IMG/VR virus record: IMGVR_UViG_2778261630_000003
Direction: 5' to 3' (one strand)
DNA: 47,934 nucleotides
From: a virus
Lineage: Duplodnaviria > Heunggongvirae > Uroviricota > Caudoviricetes
This document shows positions 1-9,290 of this stretch, piece after piece. A model generated the notes under the pieces. It was not told where the DNA came from and did no database searches. It saw nothing but the letters and a program-made list of their open reading frames with translations. A program made the position numbers and the translations under genes. How positions within the stretch are numbered: the first letter of the stretch is position 1; each line of letters opens with the position of its first letter.

Positions 1-2
1 AG

Positions 3-335
3 GTGCTGGCGCTGAAAGTGGATCCGGAGTCGCCGGAGTCTTTTATGTTACGCCCTAAACGTCGCCGCTGGGTTAACGAAAAGTACACGCGCTGGGTTAA
101 GACGCAGCCGTGTGCATGTTGTGGAAAGCCTGCTGATGATCCCCACCACCTGATAGGTCACGGTCAGGGTGGAATGGGTACAAAAGCGCATGACCTCTTT
201 GTGTTGCCTTTGTGCAGAAAGCATCACGACGAGCTGCATGCGGATACTGTGGCATTTGAAGATAAATATGGCTCTCAACTGGAGCTGATATTTCGTTTTA
301 TCGATCGTGCGCTGGCAACTGGCGTGCTGGCCTGA
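3..335 (+). CDS. DUF968-like phage protein (HNH-like Cys/His motifs), N-terminus probably outside window
   Basis: ORF open to window start; translation carries [21 protein letters not shown] motifs typical of YdfU/DUF968 proteins that sit just upstream of Q in lambdoid prophages. Confidence 0.55.
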   Translation: MLALKVDPESPESFMLRPKRRRWVNEKYTRWVKTQPCACCGKPADDPHHLIGHGQGGMGTKAHDLFVLPLCRKHHDELHADTVAFEDKYGSQLELIFRFIDRALATGVLA

Positions 336-351
336 TTTTGTGGAGAAAGTT

Positions 352-724
352 GATGCGTGATATTCAAATGGTTCTTGAACGTTGGGGTGCATGGGTGGCA
401 AATAATCACGAGGATGTCACTTGGTCGTCTATTGCTGCAGGATTTAAAGGACTAATCCCTTCAAAAGTAAAATCCCGCCCGCAATGTTGTGACGATGACG
501 CGATGATCATTTGTGGGTGTATGGCTCGCCTGAAAAAGAACAACAGCGATTTGCACGATTTATTAGTGGATTACTATGTAGGAGGTATGACATTTATGGC
601 GCTTGCCCGTAAACATGGGCGTTCTGATTGCTGGGTTGGGCGTTTATTGCAAAAAGCGGAAGGAGTAGTTGATGGTATGTTGATAATGCTAGATATTGAA
701 TTGGAAATGGAACGTAAAATTTAG
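352..724 (+). CDS. late-gene antitermination protein Q (Phage_antitermQ type), copy 1
   Basis: ATG at 352 preceded by GGAGAAAG; translation [30 protein letters not shown] matches Q of 82/21-type lambdoid phages; paralog of 42754-43137. Confidence 0.85.
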
Positions 725-983
725 TTATGTTATGAATAAATAAATGCTAATGATTTTTGTAAGATAGCTCATTTTATGTCCATAGGTGATGTATGCATTA
801 ATATGATTAATTTGTCTCCTTATAAAAATAAGATTATGTAAATAATAACAAAGGGTGACATTATTAAGTGTTGCTTTTTCTTAGTAAGTTGTTATCCTAC
901 TTAAGGTTGAATGATATTGTATCGAATAAAGTTGCTTATATAGAATTATTTTTATATTATGGCTTATTGAGTTAGTTAATAGG

Positions 984-1481
984 ATGATTGAATCAATGCT
1001 TTCAAATGTAATTTTAAGTGGAGCTATGTCCACGTTATTGGCTGCATTTCTAATTTTTGTGTTTAAGGAGTATATAAAAAGACCACCTAATTTTTCAGGG
1101 GTGTTTGAGATCGAGTGTAAAACGCTAAAATCATCATATAATTCATATGTAAACCTAACTACATTCTATACATTAGTGTTGATTTGTGATAATAACACTA
1201 TAGAAGGACATATTGAAAAAATAAAAGATATCGAAAATGATGGGTATGAAAGAAAATATATTGGCGTGCATCGCAATATTGGCGATGTCAATGGTGTAAT
1301 TAAAAGAAATTACTTAAGACCTAACCATGCTTCGTTGAATATAAAAATGCATGGTGATAATAGGGATTATACTATTATGCTATATTTTAAGAAGGTGAAT
1401 ACGAAAAATATGAAAGGAACTTTTTTATCTACTGCTGCAGATTCTTCTGGAGATGTTAAGTGGCAGCGAAAAAATTTTTAA
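984..1481 (+). CDS. hypothetical small membrane protein (single N-terminal TM helix), low-GC cargo gene
   Basis: 165-aa ORF in ~30% GC block; hydrophobic segment SGAMSTLLAAFLIFVF; 3' end overlaps next ORF by 22 nt (operon-like); no recognisable motif. Confidence 0.45.
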   Translation: MIESMLSNVILSGAMSTLLAAFLIFVFKEYIKRPPNFSGVFEIECKTLKSSYNSYVNLTTFYTLVLICDNNTIEGHIEKIKDIENDGYERKYIGVHRNIGDVNGVIKRNYLRPNHASLNIKMHGDNRDYTIMLYFKKVNTKNMKGTFLSTAADSSGDVKWQRKNF

Positions 1482-2104
1482 TTTATTTACTGTCGTTGCC
1501 ATATTTAATAATGGCTTCGATTATCATAAAGCTTAAAGTTAAAAGTATAATTGATGATTATGAGAAATGTACTACTTATATTTACTGTAACTCGAAGAAA
1601 TATAATAACATTTCTCCTGTTATGATTGATATATTAAGGTTGGCAGAGGATCATCGACAATTATTGCATAGAGGGATTGACCCCATTGCAATTATTAGAA
1701 CTTTTTATCTGAGGATATTTAAAAATATACACCAAGGAGCGAGCACTATAGAACAGCAGTTTGTGAGAACTATAACTAAAAGATACGAAAAAACAATACG
1801 TAGAAAGATAAGAGAGCAGATATTGGCTATATTGATTAGAAATGTATCAACTCCAGATGATATATGTAAGTGTTATCTTTCTTGTTGTTACTATGGCTAT
1901 GGAACTTATGGGATAGATAATCTTTTAAAAAAGAAACAAAATATCAGTGATTTTGATATTGTTGCAATGATTAAATATCCATTCAGGGGAGAAGTTGTTT
2001 CAGTTACAGAGGAACGATTTAAACATAGGTCGCTCTATCTTTCCACTTTATATAAATTAAATGCACAAAGGGATATGATTTTTTTGCGAAAATATAGTGG
2101 GTGA
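1460..2104 (+). CDS. membrane-anchored GT51-family protein (monofunctional peptidoglycan glycosyltransferase-like)
   Basis: GTG start 7 nt after GGAG; N-terminal hydrophobic anchor FLIYLLSLPYLIMASIII; ordered motifs EDHRQLLHRGID, QGASTIEQQFVR, RRKIREQ, YLSCCYYGYGTYGID matching GT51 motifs EDxxFxxHxG, GxSTxTQQ, RKxxE, YLN..FG..G; alternative ATG start at 1511 would remove the anchor. Confidence 0.6.
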   Translation: MAAKKFLIYLLSLPYLIMASIIIKLKVKSIIDDYEKCTTYIYCNSKKYNNISPVMIDILRLAEDHRQLLHRGIDPIAIIRTFYLRIFKNIHQGASTIEQQFVRTITKRYEKTIRRKIREQILAILIRNVSTPDDICKCYLSCCYYGYGTYGIDNLLKKKQNISDFDIVAMIKYPFRGEVVSVTEERFKHRSLYLSTLYKLNAQRDMIFLRKYSG

Positions 2105-2302
2105 TTATGTTAAGTGTATTTTATTATGTGTCAAAAAGTTTAGTCATCTCTGCTTAATGTATAATCGTGAATGTTTTTATTCAGATTTTATGCATGTCAA
2201 GTTGATGAGTGCCGTCGACATAAGATATGGGGATAATGAATAGTTTACAATCGTAAATAATAGAATATCCTGTTAAAAGTGGTTACTTCTCCACGCAGCT
2301 TA

Positions 2303-2324
2303 AACCCGCCGTCGAGCGGGTTTT
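2303..2324 (+). terminator. intrinsic-terminator-like hairpin within a conserved ~45-bp element upstream of the holin gene (copy 1)
   Basis: AAACCCGC-CGTCGA-GCGGGTTTT; the same element recurs at 44835-44858 upstream of the second holin. Confidence 0.5.
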
Positions 2325-2475
2325 GTCGTTTCTGGGTCTGGGGATTCCTTGGTCCTAGCCTATCCCGCAGTTATCCATTAACTCGGCTTCTTTGACGTTT
2401 CCGCTTCTGATTTGCGGTACATGATGTTTCCTCAATTTGCACCTGCTGTATCAGCGAGGTGAGAGATAACTACAA

Positions 2476-2802
2476 ATGCCTCATAACCCAAATACCTGGC
2501 TGGAGTTGGTCCAGAGCTGGTGGCGTGGAGACACACCACTGGGCGCAGTGATTATGTCGATCGTTATGGCTGGCTTGCGCATTGCCTATTTTGGCGGTGG
2601 TGGTGGCTGGAAGCGAAAAACACTCGAAATTCTACTCTGTGGCGCTCTGACGCTGACTTTTGCATCCGCTCTTGAGTATGTCGGATGGCCTAAATCGCTT
2701 TCTGTTGCCATTGGTGGTGGGGTGGGGCTGATCGGTGTCGATGCTATTCGTGGGGCTGCAATGAGAGTAATCGGTAATAAGTTTGGTGGCTCTAAGGAGT
2801 AA
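2476..2802 (+). CDS. S: holin (lambda S family)
   Basis: 108 aa with three hydrophobic segments and charged C-terminus; architecture and residues align with lambda S; immediately precedes endolysin. Confidence 0.8.
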   Translation: MPHNPNTWLELVQSWWRGDTPLGAVIMSIVMAGLRIAYFGGGGGWKRKTLEILLCGALTLTFASALEYVGWPKSLSVAIGGGVGLIGVDAIRGAAMRVIGNKFGGSKE

Positions 2803-2805
2803 TTT

Positions 2806-3282
2806 ATGCAGGTACTAAATTCCCAGCGTAAAGCTTTCCTCGATATGGTGGCATGGTCAGAAGGAACGGATAACGGGCGACAACCGACACGTAACCACGG
2901 TTATGATGTTATTGTTGGTGGTGAACTGTTCACTGATTACTCCGATCACCCTCGCAAACTTGTCACGCTAAACCCCAAACTCAAATCAACAGCCGCCGGA
3001 CGTTACCAGCTTCTTTTACGCTGGTGGGATGCTTACCGTAAACAGCTTGGCCTGAAAGATTTTTCTCCAGAAAGCCAGGACGCTGTAGCTCTGCAGCAGA
3101 TTAAAGAGCGTGGCGCTTTACCGATGATTGATCGCGGTGATATCCGTCAGGCAATCGACCGTTGCAGCAATATCTGGGCTTCACTGCCGGGTGCTGGTTA
3201 CGGTCAGTATGAACATAAAATCGGTGACCTGATTGCCCGGTTTAAAGAGGCTGGTGGGGTGGTAAATGAAGTTGAGCTATAA
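2806..3282 (+). CDS. R: endolysin, lambda R-type lytic transglycosylase
   Basis: QRKAFLDM.AWSEGTDNGRQ.TRNHGYDVIVGGELFTDYSDHPRKLVTLNPKLKST.AGRYQLL near-identical to lambda R. Confidence 0.92.
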   Translation: MQVLNSQRKAFLDMVAWSEGTDNGRQPTRNHGYDVIVGGELFTDYSDHPRKLVTLNPKLKSTAAGRYQLLLRWWDAYRKQLGLKDFSPESQDAVALQQIKERGALPMIDRGDIRQAIDRCSNIWASLPGAGYGQYEHKIGDLIARFKEAGGVVNEVEL

Positions 3283-3658
3283 GCTGGTTATCGCTGCTTT
3301 CTTCGTTACTGTCATTGGTTCTTTCATCTGGTCAGCCAACCACTACTACAGCAAATATCAGTACGAAAAGAAACGTGCTGATGAGGCTGTACGAAATGCT
3401 GAATCAGCAACTGCCATTACCAATAACGTCCTGCAATCACTACAAATCGTCAATACAGTTCTGGAGGCTAACCAGCATGCAAAACAGCAGATCGCACTGG
3501 AGTCACAGAGAACCCAGGAAGATATCAAAGTGGCTGTTACGGATGATGATTGTGCTTCACGTCATGTGCCTGCTGCCGCTGCTGACCGGTTGCGGAAATT
3601 CGCGGACGGTTTACGTGAGCGCTCCGGTGGCACCACTGCCAGCCAGCCTGACTTCTGA
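3266..3658 (+). CDS. Rz: i-spanin Rz
   Basis: N-terminal TM (VIAAFFVTVIGSFIWSANHY) plus coiled-coil-like periplasmic part; overlaps R end; position after R. Confidence 0.75.
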   Translation: MKLSYKLVIAAFFVTVIGSFIWSANHYYSKYQYEKKRADEAVRNAESATAITNNVLQSLQIVNTVLEANQHAKQQIALESQRTQEDIKVAVTDDDCASRHVPAAAADRLRKFADGLRERSGGTTASQPDF

Positions 3659-3800
3659 TACTCCTGTACCGTTTATACCTAATCCGCTGACGTATGGTGC
3701 TAGTCTGGAGTTGAATGTGAGTCTGTTGTCTGCGCTGGCTAACTGCAATCGAGATAAAGCTGACATTCGTAAAATAGATTCAGAGAGAACTAACCATTAA
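3543..3800 (+). CDS. Rz1: o-spanin Rz1 lipoprotein, +1 frame, overlapping and extending past Rz
   Basis: lipobox LLPLLTGC in alternative frame inside Rz, proline-rich mature part; exact start uncertain (ATG at 3543, 3546 or 3564). Confidence 0.55.
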   Translation: MMIVLHVMCLLPLLTGCGNSRTVYVSAPVAPLPASLTSDTPVPFIPNPLTYGASLELNVSLLSALANCNRDKADIRKIDSERTNH

Positions 3801-3821
3801 GCAATAAAATTGACAGTTTAA

Positions 3822-4391
3822 TCAGTTGTCAAATGAATATACGTTAAAGGTATATGTCGACATAATTTCACCAATTACCTCAATACATACACTTTTTTTA
3901 TGAAAATTACTGGGAAATGAACTTAGCTCCTCAAGATATTGCACATAAGTGCTGATATCACTTGCATCACGTTCAAGGAATTTCACTTGACCAAAAGAAG
4001 GAGTTTTAATTCTGGTTCTTTGCTGGATTATATGGATAAAGTGTGTAGTTGGTGAAACTATTACTCTTGAAATATCGGAAGTGATATCTTCTTGAACCTG
4101 CCGATAAAGCAAATCTTTTGGGTAATGATGTTTTATCTCGATGGTTGCAACATTGCCATTATGTTCAGGCGTCAATATCGACTGGTTATAAAGTGATATG
4201 TCAACAGCGCCGATACCGAGTTTTGGATGCTCACTTAAAGCAGTTAGTGTGCTGATTTGATTGATTATAACAACTAACTCATCACGTATTTGTGTTTCAT
4301 GTTTGCGATTGTAGAAGTAGCAATTCAGTTCATTTAACTTTTTATGCATCTTATCGTGACTAATTGCTTCGATCAGTAAATCCTGAATCAT
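3822..4391 (-). CDS. hypothetical protein, low-GC cargo gene; possible PD-(D/E)xK-type nuclease signature
   Basis: ORF open to 4451; preferred start MIQDLL at 4391 (GAGAAAAG upstream); segment GIGAVDIS...(about 20 aa)...ATIEIKHH resembles hhhD / ExK strands of restriction-endonuclease-like fold; ~30% GC. Confidence 0.45.
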   Translation of the reverse strand: MIQDLLIEAISHDKMHKKLNELNCYFYNRKHETQIRDELVVIINQISTLTALSEHPKLGIGAVDISLYNQSILTPEHNGNVATIEIKHHYPKDLLYRQVQEDITSDISRVIVSPTTHFIHIIQQRTRIKTPSFGQVKFLERDASDISTYVQYLEELSSFPSNFHKKSVCIEVIGEIMSTYTFNVYSFDN

Positions 4392-4567
4392 ACTTTTCTC
4401 TGAGTAATCCGAATGGTTGTACGTGACAGTATTGTGCTGGCACGCCATCAATATGTAAAGATATTGTTATATAATAGCGAGATGGCGAAGTATAATTGAT
4501 AAAAAACTGTACAGCCCTGATTGAATGTAATTTGCTATAATCACCTCTAAAATAAAGTGAGGTGTAA

Positions 4568-5023
4568 ATGGACGCTACTTATATTGCTTATGAAACTCTT
4601 GTAGCTAACAGAGATGCTGCATTTTGGGCTAAATTTTCTGCTCTTGTGAGTCTGGCGAGTATTGGAGTTACTTTGTTCGCAGGGATTGTGGGTTTTCTCG
4701 CATTAGGGCAATGGAAAAAACAGTATAATGAAGACAAAAAATTGAAATTGATGGATGCTATCATTGAGTATAATAATACTTTGATTTCTATGCCAAAGAA
4801 TTTAGAAAATGATGAAGGTTATGTTAATAGAAAGTTGATTATCAGAGCCTTTAATGAATTGCAATCTAGGTGCAATATTTATCTATCATCTAACTCAAAT
4901 GATGATATTTCTAAAACCATGGATAATTTACGAGAACTTCAAATGGCTTTCTTGGCCGGAAAGGGTTTTAAATCAGAATTGGCCTTGCTTGCAGGGAAAA
5001 TGTTATATATAGATTTAAAATGA
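4568..5023 (+). CDS. hypothetical single-TM membrane protein, low-GC cargo gene
   Basis: TGcTATAAT extended -10 at 4533-4541, GAGG RBS, ATG 4568; TM helix LVSLASIGVTLFAGIVGFLAL; divergent from 3822-4391. Confidence 0.45.
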   Translation: MDATYIAYETLVANRDAAFWAKFSALVSLASIGVTLFAGIVGFLALGQWKKQYNEDKKLKLMDAIIEYNNTLISMPKNLENDEGYVNRKLIIRAFNELQSRCNIYLSSNSNDDISKTMDNLRELQMAFLAGKGFKSELALLAGKMLYIDLK

Positions 5024-5154
5024 AATAGATTGTCTGGATATTCCATATTATTAATGCTGGTTGAACTAATTATCTTTTTTGATGATTAGTTCTCCGGTAT
5101 TTTTATTTGCGAAGTTATAGATAGAACTATAGTAATAATTTAAGAGGTGATTGG

Positions 5155-5505
5155 ATGCCCCCACGAACCCCAAAAGCCTGCCGTGTTCGCGGCTGCCGCT
5201 CTACAACCACGGACCTTTCAGGCTATTGCGAAAGCCACAAAAGCGAAGGCTGGAAGCAATACAAGTCAGGACAATCCCGTCATCAGCGCGGTTATGGTTC
5301 TAAGTGGGATGTTATCCGCGCGCGTGTCCTGAAGCGTGACAAAGGTCTGTGTCAGTTATGTCTGCGTGCTGGTGTGGTACGTGAGGCGAAGACCGTTGAC
5401 CACATCATCCCTAAAGCGCGTGGCGGCACTGATGCCGACAGTAATCTGCAGAGTCTGTGCTGGCCGTGTCATAAGGCGAAGACGGCCCGTGAACGGCTTA
5501 AGTGA
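5155..5505 (+). CDS. HNH endonuclease (terminase-associated)
   Basis: CxxC..C, DHIIPKARGG, N..SLCWPCH motifs; located directly upstream of terminase genes as in HK97-like phages. Confidence 0.85.
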   Translation: MPPRTPKACRVRGCRSTTTDLSGYCESHKSEGWKQYKSGQSRHQRGYGSKWDVIRARVLKRDKGLCQLCLRAGVVREAKTVDHIIPKARGGTDADSNLQSLCWPCHKAKTARERLK

Positions 5506-5630
5506 TAATAACTCTCAACTGTCTGAGGGGAGGGGCGGGTCAAATCTCTGTGACCTGACGTCTTCCGGACTGCCCGCCCCATCGTTTTTTTATACCCGCG
5601 AAAAATGAAATTTAACCAGGAGTGCCGCAT

Positions 5631-6125
5631 ATGGCTGGAACGGCGGGGCGTTCCGGGCGTCGCCCCAAGCCAACGGCGCGCAAGGCGCTGGCCGGAAACC
5701 CCGGCAAGCGAGCCCTGAATAAAGATGAACCTGTTTTTACGCCCATCAAAGGTGTTGAGCCACCGGAGTGGTTCGCTGAAGAAGATCTCCCTCTCGCCAC
5801 GATCATGTGGCAACTGACAACTAAAGAACTCTGCGGTCAGGGCCTGCTGTGCGTGACTGACCTCGCGGTGCTTGAGCGGTGGTGCGTGGCCTACGAGTTC
5901 TGGCGACGTGCCGTGAAAAATATTGCCAGACAGGGCAACACCATCACCGGTGCAATGGGCGGTATGGTCAAAAATCCGGAGCTGACCGCCAAAAAAGAAC
6001 AGGAGTCCGAGATGAGCAGTACGGGGGCAATGCTCGGACTCGACCCCAGCAGCCGCCAGCGTCTGATTGGCCTGGCGGGGCAGAAGAAAGCCACTAACCC
6101 GTTTCTGAAAATTATCGAATCATGA
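5631..6125 (+). CDS. terminase small subunit (P27 family)
   Basis: [34 protein letters not shown] typical of P27-family TerS; RBS CCAGGAG 8 nt upstream; overlaps TerL start. Confidence 0.8.
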   Translation: MAGTAGRSGRRPKPTARKALAGNPGKRALNKDEPVFTPIKGVEPPEWFAEEDLPLATIMWQLTTKELCGQGLLCVTDLAVLERWCVAYEFWRRAVKNIARQGNTITGAMGGMVKNPELTAKKEQESEMSSTGAMLGLDPSSRQRLIGLAGQKKATNPFLKIIES

Positions 6126-7855
6126 GCCGGAAATCTTACCCCAACGTAAATGCTGCCAATCAGTATGCCCGGGATGTCGTGCGCGGAAAGATTGTGGCCT
6201 GCCAGTTTGTGATTCAGGCCTGCCAGCGCCATCTTGATGACCTGATGGCGGAAAAAAGTAAGTCGTTTCGTTACCGCTTCGACAAGGACCTGGCTGAACG
6301 GGCCGCCAAATTTATTCAGCTGTTGCCGCACACCAAGGGTGAGTGGGCATTTAAGAGGATGCCCATCACGCTGGAGCCGTGGCAGCTCTTTGTGATCTGC
6401 TGCGCGTTTGGCTGGGTCAATAAAGGCTCCCGGCTGCGCCGCTTCCGTGAGGTGTATACCGAAATCCCCCGTAAGAACGGCAAATCGGCAATCTCTGCCG
6501 GTGTCGCCCTGTATTGTTTTGCCTGTGATAACGAGTTCGGCGCGGAAGTGTATTCCGGTGCCACGACGGAAAAACAGGCATGGGAAGTCTTTCGTCCGGC
6601 AAGACTGATGTGTAAACGCACACCCATGCTGACGGAAGCGTTCGGGATTGAGGTTAACGCCTCAAACATGAATCGTCCGGAGGATGGTGCGCGTTTTGAA
6701 CCGCTGATCGGTAACCCCGGTGATGGTTCATCACCCCACTGTGCGGTGGTGGATGAATATCACGAGCACGCCACAGATGCGCTTTACACCACGATGCTTA
6801 CCGGGATGGGGGCGCGACGTCAGCCACTGATGTGGGCTATCACTACCGCCGGGTACAACATTGAGGGGCCGTGCTACGACAAACGGCGGGAAGTCATCGA
6901 GATGCTCAACGGCTCGGTGCCTAACGATGAACTGTTCGGGATCATCTATACCGTTGATGAAGGTGACGACTGGACCGACCCGCAGGTGCTGGAAAAAGCC
7001 AATCCAAATATTGGCGTGTCGGTTTATCGCGAATTTTTGTTAAGTCAGCAGCAGCGTGCGAAAAATAACGCCCGTCTGGCAAACGTCTTTAAAACAAAAC
7101 ACCTCAATATCTGGGTGTCGGCGCGTTCGGCGTATTTCAACCTGGTGAGCTGGCAGAGCTGCGAGGATAAATCACTGACCCTTGAGCAGTTCGAGGGGCA
7201 GCCGTGCATTCTGGCCTTTGACCTGGCGCGTAAGCTGGATATGAACAGCATGGCGCGACTTTATACCCGCGAGATTGACGGTAAAACGCATTACTACAGT
7301 GTGGCCCCGCGTTTCTGGGTACCGTATGACACGGTGTACAGCGTCGAGAAAAATGAAGATCGACGGACAGCCGAACGCTTTCAGAAATGGGTGGAAATGG
7401 GCGTTCTGACCGTTACCGATGGTGCGGAGGTGGATTATCGCTACATCCTCGAGGAGGCCAAAGCGGCGAACAAAATCAGCCCGGTCAGTGAGTCACCCAT
7501 CGACCCCTTCGGGGCGACCGGGTTGTCACATGACCTTGCTGATGAAGACCTGAACCCCATCACTATCATTCAGAACTACACCAACATGTCCGACCCGATG
7601 AAAGAGCTGGAAGCGGCAATTGAATCGGGGCGCTTTCATCATGATGGCAATCCCATCATGACCTGGTGTATCGGCAACGTGGTCGGCAAAACCATTCCGG
7701 GTAACGATGATGTGGTGAAGCCCGTCAAAGAGCAGGCGGAAAACAAAATCGATGGTGCAGTTGCGCTGATTATGGCGGTTGGCAGAGCCATGCTGTACGA
7801 GAAAGAAGACACGTTGTCTGACCACATTGAGTCCTATGGGATCCGCTCGCTTTAA
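6122..7855 (+). CDS. terminase large subunit
   Basis: 577 aa; ATPase and nuclease regions typical of HK97-type TerL; follows TerS. Confidence 0.9.
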
Positions 7856-7866
7856 CTGAGGTAATT

Positions 7867-8049
7867 ATGATCATGCTGATTCTCGCGCCTCTGGTGGGCG
7901 TGCTGGGGGCGCTTTTGCTGGCGTATGGTGCCTGGCTGATTTATCCCCCGGCGGGGTTTGTTGTTGCCGGGGCGTTGTGCCTGTTCTGGTCGTGGCTGGT
8001 GGCGCGATATCTTGACCGTACACAGTCGTCTGTCGGCGGAGGTAAATAG
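7867..8049 (+). CDS. small hydrophobic protein
   Basis: 60-aa ORF, largely one hydrophobic stretch, between TerL and portal. Confidence 0.3.
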
Positions 8050-9290
8050 TGTTCTTTTCGGGATTATTTCAACGAAAAAGTGACGCACCGATGACCACGC
8101 CAGCAGAGCTGGCGGATGCTATCGGGTTGTCCTACGACACCTATACCGGAAAGCAGATCAGCAGCCAGCGGGCCATGCGACTGACGGCGGTTTTTTCCTG
8201 TGTCAGGGTGCTGGCGGAGTCGGTCGGGATGTTGCCCTGCAACCTGTATCACCTGAACGGCAGCCTGAAGCAGAGAGCCACTGGCGAACGTCTGCATAAG
8301 CTGATCTCCACGCATCCCAATGGCTATATGACGCCGCAGGAGTTCTGGGAGCTGGTGGTCACCTGTCTGTGCCTGCGGGGAAACTTTTACGCCTACAAAG
8401 TGAAAGCATTTGGCGAAGTGGCTGAACTGCTGCCCGTCGATCCCGGCTGTGTGGTACCGAAGCTTAACAGTAGCTGGGAGCCGATCTATCAGGTCACATT
8501 CCCGGATGGCTCCACGGATGTACTGAGCCAGGAGAATATCTGGCATGTGCGCACGCTGACGCTGGACGGACTGGTGGGGCTGAATCCCATCGCCTATGCC
8601 CGCGAGGCAATATCGCTGGCAGCTGCGACCGAAGAGCACGGGGCCAGACTGTTCAGCAATGGCGCGGTGACGTCGGGTGTGTTGCGTACAGAGCAGACGC
8701 TGTCAGATCAGGCTTATGAGCGCCTGAAGAAAGATTTTGAGGAGCGTCACACCGGGCTTGGCAATGCTCACCGCCCGATGATCCTTGAGATGGGGCTGGA
8801 CTGGAAGTCGATGGCGCTGAACGCCGAGGACAGCCAGTTCCTGGAAACCCGCAAGTTTCAGCTTGAAGAAATCTGTCGTCTGTTCCGGGTGCCGTTGCAC
8901 ATGGTGCAGAACACCGATCGCGCCACCTTCAACAATATCGAAGAGCTGGGGCTGGGATTTATCAACTATTCACTGGTGCCGTATCTGACCCGCATCGAAC
9001 AGCGGATCAACACCGGACTGGTACGAAAAAGTAAGCAGGGCGTTTATTACGCCAAATTTAACGCCGGGGCGTTACTGCGCGGGGATATGAAGTCCCGTTT
9101 TGAAGCCTACGCCACCGGGATCAACTGGGGAATTTACTCTCCCAATGACTGCCGCGACCTGGAAGATATGAATCCGCGTCCCGGTGGTGATGTCTATCTC
9201 ACACCGATGAACATGACCACGAAACCCTCCGATGGCAGTAAGGCCGGTAAGCAGAAGGATAACGCCAATGCAGACGAAACAACGTCTTGA
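8049..9290 (+). CDS. portal protein (HK97 family)
   Basis: 413 aa, position after TerL, HK97-type portal sequence features. Confidence 0.85.
   Translation: MFFSGLFQRKSDAPMTTPAELADAIGLSYDTYTGKQISSQRAMRLTAVFSCVRVLAESVGMLPCNLYHLNGSLKQRATGERLHKLISTHPNGYMTPQEFWELVVTCLCLRGNFYAYKVKAFGEVAELLPVDPGCVVPKLNSSWEPIYQVTFPDGSTDVLSQENIWHVRTLTLDGLVGLNPIAYAREAISLAAATEEHGARLFSNGAVTSGVLRTEQTLSDQAYERLKKDFEERHTGLGNAHRPMILEMGLDWKSMALNAEDSQFLETRKFQLEEICRLFRVPLHMVQNTDRATFNNIEELGLGFINYSLVPYLTRIEQRINTGLVRKSKQGVYYAKFNAGALLRGDMKSRFEAYATGINWGIYSPNDCRDLEDMNPRPGGDVYLTPMNMTTKPSDGSKAGKQKDNANADETTS

Noticed and set aside
2280-2335. Possible tRNA or small RNA gene at the conserved element upstream of the holins
   Set aside because: The conserved sequence forms one simple hairpin with a T-tract and cannot be folded into a cloverleaf; tRNA genes are common in this slot of other lambdoid phages but none is evident here.
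4542-4564. Hairpin CACCTC-(11 nt)-GAGGTG overlapping the RBS of the 4568 gene as a possible translational control element
   Set aside because: The 5' arm lies at or upstream of the likely transcription start implied by the extended -10 box, so it may not be in the mRNA; too weak to call.
5891-6669. Several minus-strand and alternate-frame ORFs (5891-6331, 6316-6669, 6408-6608) overlapping terminase genes
   Set aside because: They overlap strongly supported TerS/TerL reading frames and have no motifs or translation signals.
8064-8639. 191-aa minus-strand ORF inside the portal gene
   Set aside because: Antisense to a well-supported portal ORF; arginine/glycine-rich low-complexity translation typical of a spurious GC-rich frame.
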